Source: an uncultured bacterium
GTDB lineage: Bacteria; Babelota; Babeliae; Babelales; Babelaceae
Assembly (NCBI GenBank): GCA_963824495.1
Contig: CAWGPQ010000012.1
Coordinates: 1-53,862, forward strand
Length of the DNA stretch: 53,862 nucleotides
Direction: 5' to 3'
Shown here in pieces: positions 19,741-29,300 of the stretch (its first letter is position 1; each line of letters begins with the position of its first letter). The notes below the pieces were generated by a model, which saw nothing but the letters and a program-made list of their open reading frames with translations, did no database searches and was not told where the DNA came from. A program made the position numbers and the translations under genes.

Positions 19741-21120
19741 CTAAGCAGGTGCTGCTGGGATTTGCAAACTACTAAATGGTGCGTACAGCAATTTTATAAG
19801 ATTAATACGGTAGTCTACAAGAGCCTCTTGAAGTGCTATTTGTTGTGCAATAGCATCGTTGAGCTGTTTGATGAGGCTACTATAGAGCTGTATCTCGGCT
19901 CCTGGTATTGTCAACCATGTTACCAAGTTTTCTGCTCGCTGAACCATCCTGTCTGTTTGTTGACTAAAATTACTTTGAGCTTTGGCTAAGTCTCTGATAA
20001 CAACATCATAGTTTAAACGAGCAAAATCGCCTTCAGGATCGTTTATAATCTTTGCTACGGCTGGAGTCAGTGTCGATTGTATATACTGCTCTTGCTCTTT
20101 ATTGAGGCTGTGTAGGTCCTGCACGAGCTTCATCGCCTCATGTGCTAATCTCTGTCGGGCCTCTTCTTGAGGAGTTGCTGCAGGGATAGGCTTTTCTTTT
20201 TGTTGGGGTTGACGAGGCTCAAGCGTTTTAAGCGTAGTCTGAATTTGTTCGAGCAAGGAAGTAAGATAAGAATATGTGGGATCACCTGGCCCGACTACGT
20301 TTAACTGCTTACGTATGTGTGCCATCCTGAGCCGCTTGCGTATCCATTCTAAGTCTTGCTCAAGTGATGTTCGAGCAGTTTCGATAGTTGTAAGTGGCAT
20401 GTTTTCATAAACAAGCTTCGTTAGTATCTCTTGAATGTCACGTAGAATTCTGTTTGTTTCCTCTTGGATTTCTTTCTGGATTTTAGGCTCTTCTTGTTGT
20501 AGCTGATTAGAAACAAGTTTATTAAGCACGTCTTGAAGTTGGTCAAACAAGAGTTGCAGCTGAGCGTAATAAGGGTTACTTATTAGTAGTCGATTACGTA
20601 TCCATTTTAAATGTCCCTCAAGTGCTTTTTGAGCAGCTTTTTTACTTTTAATAGGCCTGTTAGGGTCTGCTATACTTGTGAGTTCGCTGGCTATTGAGTC
20701 CATCATTAACTTAGTCTCGGTTTCTTCTCCAAAAGGAAGGCGTAGAGCAGTAGGAGCCTCAATGGTGAGAGGCAGCGCGGCGCGAGGTGGAAGGTTAATG
20801 CGTAAAGGAGGGCTAGTTACCGTGCTTAAGACTGGTTTGGCTTGAGGTAACCCTGTGGGCAAAACAGTACTTGTTGGAGTTGTCATTGGTTGTGTTGTTG
20901 ATTGTACTTCTGTCATTTCAGGTGTGGCTAACGTGAACCCCGGTTGCGGTCGCTCAGCGAGTATAGCCTCTTGTTCAGTAGGCATTAAACCTGTCTCAAA
21001 ACTAGGTGCTTCTTCTTGAAATTCAAAGAGGGCCTCTTGCCCATCATCTCCCTTGATAATTAGGCTTTGTGTAGTTAATACTATGAGTAAAGTAAGTATC
21101 GCTATCAGTTTTTTTCTCAT
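19741..21120 (-). CDS. Secreted Pro/Thr-rich plus helical-repeat protein (paralog of 21161..22165)
   Basis: MRKKLIAIL signal; repeated motifs AQKALEGHLKWIR and ARTSLEQDLEWIR. Confidence 0.78.
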   Translation of the reverse strand: MRKKLIAILTLLIVLTTQSLIIKGDDGQEALFEFQEEAPSFETGLMPTEQEAILAERPQPGFTLATPEMTEVQSTTQPMTTPTSTVLPTGLPQAKPVLSTVTSPPLRINLPPRAALPLTIEAPTALRLPFGEETETKLMMDSIASELTSIADPNRPIKSKKAAQKALEGHLKWIRNRLLISNPYYAQLQLLFDQLQDVLNKLVSNQLQQEEPKIQKEIQEETNRILRDIQEILTKLVYENMPLTTIETARTSLEQDLEWIRKRLRMAHIRKQLNVVGPGDPTYSYLTSLLEQIQTTLKTLEPRQPQQKEKPIPAATPQEEARQRLAHEAMKLVQDLHSLNKEQEQYIQSTLTPAVAKIINDPEGDFARLNYDVVIRDLAKAQSNFSQQTDRMVQRAENLVTWLTIPGAEIQLYSSLIKQLNDAIAQQIALQEALVDYRINLIKLLYAPFSSLQIPAAPA

Positions 21121-21160
21121 GATATTCCTGATATATACCTGCTCGTGCTCATACAAAAGA

Positions 21161-22165
21161 TCAACGAATCTGGCTTCGCAAACTAGCAGGTGACTGATAA
21201 AGTAAATTTTCAAGCTTACTACGATAGTTTATAAGAGTTTCTTGAAGTGCTGTTTGCTGCGCAATAGCACCATTGAGCAGCTTTATAAGATCATCATATG
21301 GCTGTCTCTCGGCACCTGGAATTGTTAATTCTTTTACCAACTCTTGCGCTCGTCCAATCAGTCTCTTGGTTTGTTGTTCAAAATTGCTTTGAACTCTAGC
21401 GAAATCTTGTATAACAGTATTATAATTGGAATGAGCAAAGTCACTTTCAGGGTTTTCTATAATTTTTTCTATAGCTGGGCCTAAATCTGATCGAATATAA
21501 CGTTCTTGTTTTCCAAGAATGCTTCTTAGGTCGAGTACGAGGTTTGCAGCCTCATCTACTAATCTTTGTTCTGCTGAGAGTTCTGCTGAAGGTTGCTGAG
21601 GTGCTGTTTCGGGAGCAACTGCCGCAGCTATAGGGGCAGGTTGAGTAGGTTGAGAAGGCTGAGGCTGCGCTTTTTGCTTTATCTTACCCGAAGCAAGTTT
21701 ACCAAGCGTTTCCTGAACCTGTTCTACCAAGAATCTAAGGCGAGCATAATTAGGACTACCTCGTTGCATGGTTTTAAGTTGCTTACGAATCCATTTTAAA
21801 TGTTCCTCAAGTACTTTTTGAGCCGTTTCAATATTTCTAATAGGCCTGGTTGGATCTTCTATAATACGAATGTCATGAAATATTGATTCCATTGTTGACT
21901 CGATAGCCTTTTCTTGTTCAAGAGGAACAGGCTCACCTGGCAAACGTGGTCTCGGTACTTCAATTTCAGATGGAGCAGGAGGAATTACGGTACCTTCAAA
22001 GGTCGTAGCGCCAGGTTCACCAGTTTGCTCAACAGGTTGCGCTACCCAGCCGGCTAGCCAGTTCCACCAACCTTGACCTTGCTGTTCTCCCCCGTCGGGA
22101 GCCATCGCCGTAGTTGTTACAAAGAGGGAAGTAAGTACTACAAGAAAAACTATAGGGTTATTCAT
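21161..22165 (-). CDS. Secreted helical protein (paralog of 19741..21120)
   Basis: Signal ending TTAM; AQKVLEEHLKWIR; shared C-terminal domain (LTIPGAE...AIAQQxALQExLxxYR). Confidence 0.8.
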   Translation of the reverse strand: MNNPIVFLVVLTSLFVTTTAMAPDGGEQQGQGWWNWLAGWVAQPVEQTGEPGATTFEGTVIPPAPSEIEVPRPRLPGEPVPLEQEKAIESTMESIFHDIRIIEDPTRPIRNIETAQKVLEEHLKWIRKQLKTMQRGSPNYARLRFLVEQVQETLGKLASGKIKQKAQPQPSQPTQPAPIAAAVAPETAPQQPSAELSAEQRLVDEAANLVLDLRSILGKQERYIRSDLGPAIEKIIENPESDFAHSNYNTVIQDFARVQSNFEQQTKRLIGRAQELVKELTIPGAERQPYDDLIKLLNGAIAQQTALQETLINYRSKLENLLYQSPASLRSQIR

Positions 22166-22408
22166 TTTCGGTTCCTTATTAAATATGATTAATTAATATT
22201 CAAGCCTACATTAAATATAATCGAGTTGAAACATGAAAGTCAATAATATTTTAAATAAAATTACTATTTTTGTATAATTAAAAGGTAAATTTTGAGCAGT
22301 TTGCCCTGGCTTGATATCACAAGCACTTGCTTGAAAGGGTTTGTATTTGATAGGCTTATAGAGAACATACAAGTAAGTAACTATAATAAGTATAAAGCAA
22401 GGGCATGC

Positions 22409-24157
22409 GTGGAATTTAGGGCTGTTGCCGAATCATTTGAGCACATAAGTCAGTATACGTCGCGAATAGAAATTACTAAGACGCTTGCGAGCTTGCTTTC
22501 CCAGACATCTGCCCGTGAAGCTGAAATTATAAGCTATCTATCGTTGGGAGAATTACGCCCACCCTATATAGGCACCCAATTTAATCTTGCTGAAAAAAGC
22601 ATTGCGCCAGTTATTGAACAATTACTTGATATTCCTGCAGATGAGCTCATGCGTTATGCACACAAAACAGGTGATCTTGGTCTTGTTGTTGCTCAACGAG
22701 GTGCTTGGCATCCGCATAGAAATCCATCTATAGAAGAAGTATATAACGAGTTGGTTGATCTTGAACAGGCTGCTGGTGCGGGCTCGCAAGAAAAGCGTGC
22801 TGATTTTTTATTAAAGATATTACGATCAGTTGACCCACTCTCGGCATGTTATATTATACGCATTATTATTGGCAAGTTGCGTCTGGGCTTCTCCGATATG
22901 ACATTTGTTGATGCTCTATCATGGATGCTTGTTGGCGACAAATCGCTTCATACAGAAATAGAGCAGGCGTATAATATCTGTGCTGATCTTGGACTTATCA
23001 CAAGAACTCTTAAAACAAAAGGCATTAAGGGGTTAAGCTCGGTTTCACTACAGGTCGGCATTCCTATTAGGCCAGCCGCTGCTGAGCGTTTGCCTAATGC
23101 TCAAGCCATTATTACTAAGCTTGGGCCCTGTATAGCAGAGCCTAAACTTGATGGCTTTCGCTTACAGGTGCATATAGATAATCGATCAGTCACGCCCAAA
23201 ATATGGTTTTTCTCAAGAAATTTGCGCGATATGTCTGGCATGTTTCCCGATCTTGTAAAAGCATTTGAACGTTTTAATGTCGATACGTTTATTGGTGACG
23301 GTGAAGCTATTGCCTATGATGAGAAGACAAAGAAGTTTGTACCATTTCAGCAAACTGTTAAGCGCAAGCGTAAGTATGGCATTGAGATGATGGTTTCTGA
23401 GTTACCTATTCGCTTATTTCTATTTGATGCTTTATATATTAATGGCAGGTCTCTTCTTGATGCTCCTTATGTTGAGCGACATGCAGTGCTTGAAAAGCTT
23501 TTTCCTCATGAACATAGATTTACGGTAAGCGTTATTGATGCCCAACCGGTATCAACAGCTCAACAACTTGAAAAGTATTTTCTCGAGAATTTAAAAGAAG
23601 GCCTTGAAGGCGTTGTTGTTAAAAAGCCTGATGCCCCCTATCAGGCAGGTAAACGTAACGCTAATTGGGTCAAGCTCAAACGCCATGAAGGTGTCATAGA
23701 AGATACGGTCGACGTTGTTGTACTCGGCTACTACTATGGACGAGGCAAGCGCGCGTCTTTAGGTATTGGAGCATTTCTCGTTGGTGTATATGATCCAAAG
23801 CATGATCAATTTCCAACAGTAGCAAAAGTAGGAACCGGTCTAACCGATGCTGAGTGGATAGAGCTTAAAGAACGTTGTGATCAGTATAAAGTTTCCGAAC
23901 AGCCTCATAATGTTGTTTGCTCAAAAGCACTTATACCGAATGTTTGGGTTCAGCCAAGAATCGTTTGCGAGGTTATTGCCGACGAAATTACCAAATCCCC
24001 ATTACACACGGCAGGAAAAACAGCTACGTCGCCAGGTTTTGCGCTGCGTTTCCCTCGTTTTGTTGGCTACCGTCCTGATAAATCACCCGATCAGGCTACA
24101 ACGGTAGAAGAAATCGAAAAGATGTACAAAGACCAGTTTGCCGGTAGCACCACGTAA
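22409..24157 (+). CDS. lig: ATP-dependent DNA ligase (archaeal/eukaryotic ligase I type)
   Basis: EPKLDGFR adenylation motif, GDGEA, FDALY, EGVVVK, WVKLK, ALRFPRF; N-terminal DNA-binding domain. Confidence 0.95.
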   Translation: MEFRAVAESFEHISQYTSRIEITKTLASLLSQTSAREAEIISYLSLGELRPPYIGTQFNLAEKSIAPVIEQLLDIPADELMRYAHKTGDLGLVVAQRGAWHPHRNPSIEEVYNELVDLEQAAGAGSQEKRADFLLKILRSVDPLSACYIIRIIIGKLRLGFSDMTFVDALSWMLVGDKSLHTEIEQAYNICADLGLITRTLKTKGIKGLSSVSLQVGIPIRPAAAERLPNAQAIITKLGPCIAEPKLDGFRLQVHIDNRSVTPKIWFFSRNLRDMSGMFPDLVKAFERFNVDTFIGDGEAIAYDEKTKKFVPFQQTVKRKRKYGIEMMVSELPIRLFLFDALYINGRSLLDAPYVERHAVLEKLFPHEHRFTVSVIDAQPVSTAQQLEKYFLENLKEGLEGVVVKKPDAPYQAGKRNANWVKLKRHEGVIEDTVDVVVLGYYYGRGKRASLGIGAFLVGVYDPKHDQFPTVAKVGTGLTDAEWIELKERCDQYKVSEQPHNVVCSKALIPNVWVQPRIVCEVIADEITKSPLHTAGKTATSPGFALRFPRFVGYRPDKSPDQATTVEEIEKMYKDQFAGSTT

Positions 24158-24303
24158 TTGTCACGTTCTTGATTATTGACTTCCTAAATCTCAAACTCTT
24201 GCAATATTATTATATATTTGTAAAATATTAATAGAAGTTGCGTAAAAATTGAGTATACCTAGTTGTAGGTAATAATTCTAATTAAAATCGCAGGAGAATT
24301 AGC

Positions 24304-24851
24304 ATGAAAAAAGTAGGTATTGTACTGGGTATCATAATCGTGATGAGTTTTAGTCAGGCATGCGATGCCTATACATGGTACGTAACAAATTTACTTGGTA
24401 GAGATGCAAATGTTACCATTAGGCTTGGTTGTGTGGGGATCCTTCGGAAAAAGTTCCTAAAGGTGCAAAAAAGTTCCCAATGAAAGCAGATAAACCATAC
24501 AATCGAGGTTGTATCCTTGGGGTTGAGGTAGATGGAAAAGATGTTCCTCTTAAGGCTATGAGTGAAGATCAATTAGACAAGCTATGGGATGTTAATATGG
24601 GTGTAGCTAGTTTGGGTATAACTGCTTGGGACTCTTCATGCACAGGCTGTGCTAAACAATGGGGTGATGCGCTGTTTGTTAATCTTTTTACTCTTGGTGT
24701 ACCAGCGTTACTCGGTACAGTGGCTTTAGGAATAGGAGCTGCTGTATTAGAAGAAAGAGACAGGTGCAAAAGCCATGATTTACTTATTGTAAGTCATGAT
24801 TCAAATGTAGGAGCAGTCCTGGTAGTAGATGAAAGTTCTCAATATTCATAA
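24304..24851 (+). pseudogene. Secreted CDAYTW-family protein, frameshifted
   Basis: ATG 24304 MKKVGIVLGIIIVMSFSQACDAYTWYVTNLL...GCVG; one G missing in GGGG at 24435-24438 joins it to ORF 24429..24851; homologous to 47953..48603. Confidence 0.75.
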
Positions 24852-24978
24852 TGCACGTATACAAAGCTTTTTAACGAGAATTCTCAGACTCTTGCAAATT
24901 AATATTTTATGTTTGTAAAATATTGATAGAGCTCATTTGAATAATGAGCATATATTAAGAGTTAAAGGAGAAGTTGTC

Positions 24979-25710
24979 GTGAAGTTAGCCTATAAGATAG
25001 TTATTTTCGGCTGTATAGTGTTAGCTGGTGTGTTAGAAAGTATGCTTAAGGCAGATAGCATAATTCTGAGAAGCCTTCAAGTTTGTCCAGCAAATCGACA
25101 GTATACGATTGGTAATACTCCTGTGGGTAATGGTTCTAATATAAATTATCCATTGGTTGGGGGATATTATACTGATCCAGCCAAAGGTGGGCAATCAGTT
25201 ACGCTTCAGCTAAGTAACTATATTGACACGAATGGTATTGTGCACCCTCTTGATGGAACAGGGCTTAATCAATGGTTACTTGATAATGGTTATATGGGTA
25301 ATATTGAAGATCCAGCAAAACAGCCTAATCCCAGTTGGGTTGGAAGTGGATGGACAGGTAATCCCTCAAGTAACCCACAAGCGGTAGAGTACTGGAGAAA
25401 AAATATTTTGGGGGGTAATGTCACATTAAAGTTTATACATGCCTATATACTCCCATCGCTCATTTACTACTATGTTTCGTTTGAGGTATGGGATGAGTCT
25501 GAGCAACCAATTCACCATCAAGTCATTGATTCTCAGCAAGGACAACCGAATTATCATTGGCAACAAGTATGTGGTCGTGAAGTGTTTTTGCCGATTGACA
25601 ATATTTTTGTTGATCTGTATATAGCATGTCGTATAACAAACAATGTAAGTTTGTATTGTGGCAAAAGTGGGGATTCCCAGTATTATTTTAATCTTGGATT
25701 GGACACATAA
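24979..25710 (+). CDS. Secreted hypothetical protein
   Basis: RBS AAGGAG then GTG; signal-like N-terminus; N/G/Y-rich composition. Confidence 0.72.
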   Translation: MKLAYKIVIFGCIVLAGVLESMLKADSIILRSLQVCPANRQYTIGNTPVGNGSNINYPLVGGYYTDPAKGGQSVTLQLSNYIDTNGIVHPLDGTGLNQWLLDNGYMGNIEDPAKQPNPSWVGSGWTGNPSSNPQAVEYWRKNILGGNVTLKFIHAYILPSLIYYYVSFEVWDESEQPIHHQVIDSQQGQPNYHWQQVCGREVFLPIDNIFVDLYIACRITNNVSLYCGKSGDSQYYFNLGLDT

Positions 25711-26339
25711 TGATGAAAGAGTATGCTAAAAAAATTATACTGTGCGGTTTGAGTGGAATAGCAGCTGCTCTTACAGGTGTGCCCTTAGTTGGCATGAGTG
25801 AGAACGGGTTTCTTTTTTCTCTCATTAATAATTCTACAACGAGTTATACGGTAAGCTTTGAGAACCCAAATCCAGCTCTTACACCGCTTCAGCCAATAAC
25901 TCTCTATGGTGGAGGAGGCTTTGGGTATAGCGATATAGGCAATAGGTCGTTTAAAGATACCGGTACTATAACGCTGACGCCTGTTGGGGCTAATACTGGC
26001 TATATCATTGAGTATATTGAACCCATGCAATTAAGAGTTAACGCAGTAGCTACAAGTGATTTTGTTTTGCAAAGTGGGCAAAGTGTGAGCAAGGGGCAAC
26101 CGCTTGGATATACGTTTACTAGTAATGTACAAAAAATTATGACTGATCAAGGACGCCCTCTTGAAACAACACCGTGGTTTGTGTATTTGACTATTGACTC
26201 AAATGGCAATTGGTATGTTGACCCTTTTGTTCTCGGAGCAGATGGGCCGTATAAAGAAACAGTTTTGTCATGCGCTAACTTGCTTGCATCACAAGATATA
26301 GTAGTATCAGGAGCAACTATCGCGTGTCCAACCAGTTAA
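25710..26339 (+). CDS. Secreted hypothetical protein
   Basis: Overlapping stop/start (TAATG); signal-like N-terminus ending LVGM. Confidence 0.72.
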   Translation: MMKEYAKKIILCGLSGIAAALTGVPLVGMSENGFLFSLINNSTTSYTVSFENPNPALTPLQPITLYGGGGFGYSDIGNRSFKDTGTITLTPVGANTGYIIEYIEPMQLRVNAVATSDFVLQSGQSVSKGQPLGYTFTSNVQKIMTDQGRPLETTPWFVYLTIDSNGNWYVDPFVLGADGPYKETVLSCANLLASQDIVVSGATIACPTS

Positions 26340-26348
26340 TAGCTCGTT

Positions 26349-29300
26349 ATGACGAATAAGCACGTTAAAATATTTGTTAAATATTGCACGTCTAGTATTG
26401 GTTGTTTATTGTTTATGAGTATAGCTCAAGGGCAACGGCAACATATGAGCATTTGGGAACAATTGTACAAGACTACCCCCTCGTCTGCAAAAACTCCCAC
26501 GAAAACACCCTATGAGCAACTTGTACACGAGCAAGAAGTGCAGCAGCAGATACTTAAAAAGTATAGCGAGCTGACTCATGGTGATGCTTATAACGCAGGC
26601 AAGCTTAAAGTTTTACAAGCAGTACGTGCTTTTGGAATGGGCAAGTATCAAGAAGCATTTGCTGATTATGCTGCTGCGTTACCCCTATTACATCAAGCAT
26701 ATAGCTCTGTGGGTTACGCTCTTGATCCTGATGATATAAGTAATTATACGAGTAGTGCTTTTCGTGGTGCAGTACAAGCAGGATTTCAAGATCTTTCGAC
26801 TATTAATGGACAGATTACTCAACAACGAGCCAACAAGAAAAATTACGATGCCCTTATAGGTCAGTTTGGTGTTCGGCTGAAGAAATATGCTACACAGATA
26901 GCTACGTTGAGTACGTATTTTAATATACCAGCCACTCAAGCGCTTCTTTATCAAGCACATGCCCGCAGGTATTATGCTCAACAGTTTAATCCGCTTATTT
27001 TTCAGGTCTATAGCCAGGCTCTTAATGATCTTGTCGCACAATTACCTGTCCCAACACAGGGAGGCCAAAACCTTGATGATGCCTATTATGCGCACCGCAT
27101 AGCAGTAGCTAAAGATTATTTTGATCGTGCTCAAGCTGTCTGGAGCTCAGAGCTTACGGTGTATGGTTATCCCAATCAACAAGCAGCACGTAGAGCACTG
27201 TATCAAAATCTTGGCACTCTTTATTTCTATGCTGCCCAGAATGCCCTCATGACCATGGGATTAGACTCAGAAAAAGATATCAAAGATACAATAACACGAG
27301 CAAGTGCTGATTTTGGTCAAGCAGCAACACTTTATTTTGCTAGTGCTGACCCTCAGCTTACTGCATTAGCACAAAGCTATAACAATTTTGCTACCAATCT
27401 TCAGGCAGGCGCTCAAGCATGGGATGCTGCTCAACATGCACAAGCTATACATCAGCAGATCACTTTGTACCAACAAGCTTATACTGCTCTATTTGCCGGA
27501 AATGCTCAATGGCTTGCTCAGCGTGCAGATCGCTTACATAAAATAGCTCAAGGTTCACAAGCATCTCTACAGGGGAGCTTAACCCTTTCGAGCTTTATTA
27601 AAAAATATCAAGCAAGCTTAAAAAGTTATTACACTGCTCTAACAAGCACACAGCAGCAAGAGGGTATAAGCGAATTTGCTCTAAATTTTTTTTCTGATCT
27701 GGCTGCAGCATGTAGTGATGCATATACTGCCTATCAACAAGCTCTTGGCTTTTATAATCAGGCGCTTGAGTCGTCAGCCACAGTTGGTATCCTGCTTGAG
27801 CATGCTCATGTGGTGCGGCTTACTCAGCTCGTCGCACATATAACAAGTGCTCAAATAGTATTAGATAATCTTGGTCAGGGAGGTACTATACTGGCTCAAG
27901 CACTAGCAGGCCTGATTGCACAACCGGCAAATAGCGCTCTTATACGTAGTACGCAGGCAACAGTTTCTCAGATTATACGTAATAACTTTCAGCGTGCTGA
28001 CGCTCACTATAACGATAACCCTGTGCTTAGTTTTTATCGTACGCTACGCAGTGCAACTAAACCAACTATGACGATTACCGTGCTTGTGCAACAATTAGTT
28101 GCTGCTGTTTACCAGGAGCTCGCAGCCCAGATAGCTGCACAACCAAGAACTCCGGTTACTCAAGCGCTGCTCTATAGCTATTATGTGTATGCTTATGCCT
28201 ATAATCAAACACCAGAGCTGCTCGATAAACTTAAAGAAAGTAATGCGCTTGGTAGAGCGCAAGAGGCCCTTGCTGTAGCACAAAAACAAACTGACTGGGC
28301 TAGTACGGCAAGCTCTGAACTTGCCTATACAAGTCCTGCCGATCAAGCTTGGCAGGAAGCTTTAATACGGTGCTTTGTAGCCTACAGTATTTGGGCCAGT
28401 ACGCGGGGAACATATTTTTCCGGTGCACGCGAACTCTATCTACAGTGTATTCAGAAGTATGCACATGCTGTTGAACAATATGCTCCCGTTGACGCCGACC
28501 CTATTCTTACTGCAGCATTTTTGCGGTATCGTGCTTATGTAGTCTATGCAGCAGAAAAAAATCAGGCACAGCAGGCTCATATGATTAGTCTTATTCAGCC
28601 TGCAGTACACGCGCTTTTCAACCAAGCGCAAGATCTTAAAAAACAAGCAACCCAGGTATCCCAGATATCCCAAGCAGGCTATACTGCTCAAATTCAAGCC
28701 CAAAAGAAACTTATTTCCTGGGGTACTGTACGCTATCAACGGGCGCTTACGCTTCAAAATAAAGCCTTGAGCGATCAGCAGACGGTTACGCCACAACTTG
28801 CTACTCAAGAGGTTCTTATACTTCAAGAGCCACAAATAGCTACCGATGGAAGCATAACGTTTACCACAGGGCCAGCTAGTTCTTCAACGCTCTCTCTTGT
28901 ACTTTCTAATCCAACTATTACACTAGCAAATGTATATAAAGCACAGGGTGACTTTGAACGCCTACAGAATAACCATGAAGCTGCTGCGCAGGCATACGCT
29001 CAAGCGCAGACGCTCTATGGCTCACAACCTGATCCGTTTACGCCATCAATAAGCCAGCTTTGGAGAACCGAGAGTATACTGGCTTATGCTGATGCACTCT
29101 ATAAATCTGTTGTTGGATTTGCACCTAATACGACCGAATTTACTGGCTTTACTGTGTACGCACGGTATTTTCTTTCTCCCTATCTACAAGTAATCCCTCA
29201 GCAAAACTTTTCTATGCCGGAAGCTTTACGTACGTTATGGGCACAAATTTCTCCTGCCCCATCACAAGAACAGTGCATAAAGATTGCACAAAACTCGAAT

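Noticed and set aside
19480..19790. RBS-ATG pairs and short ORFs between convergent hypothetical genes
   Set aside because: Too short, no recognisable motif; possibly decayed sequence
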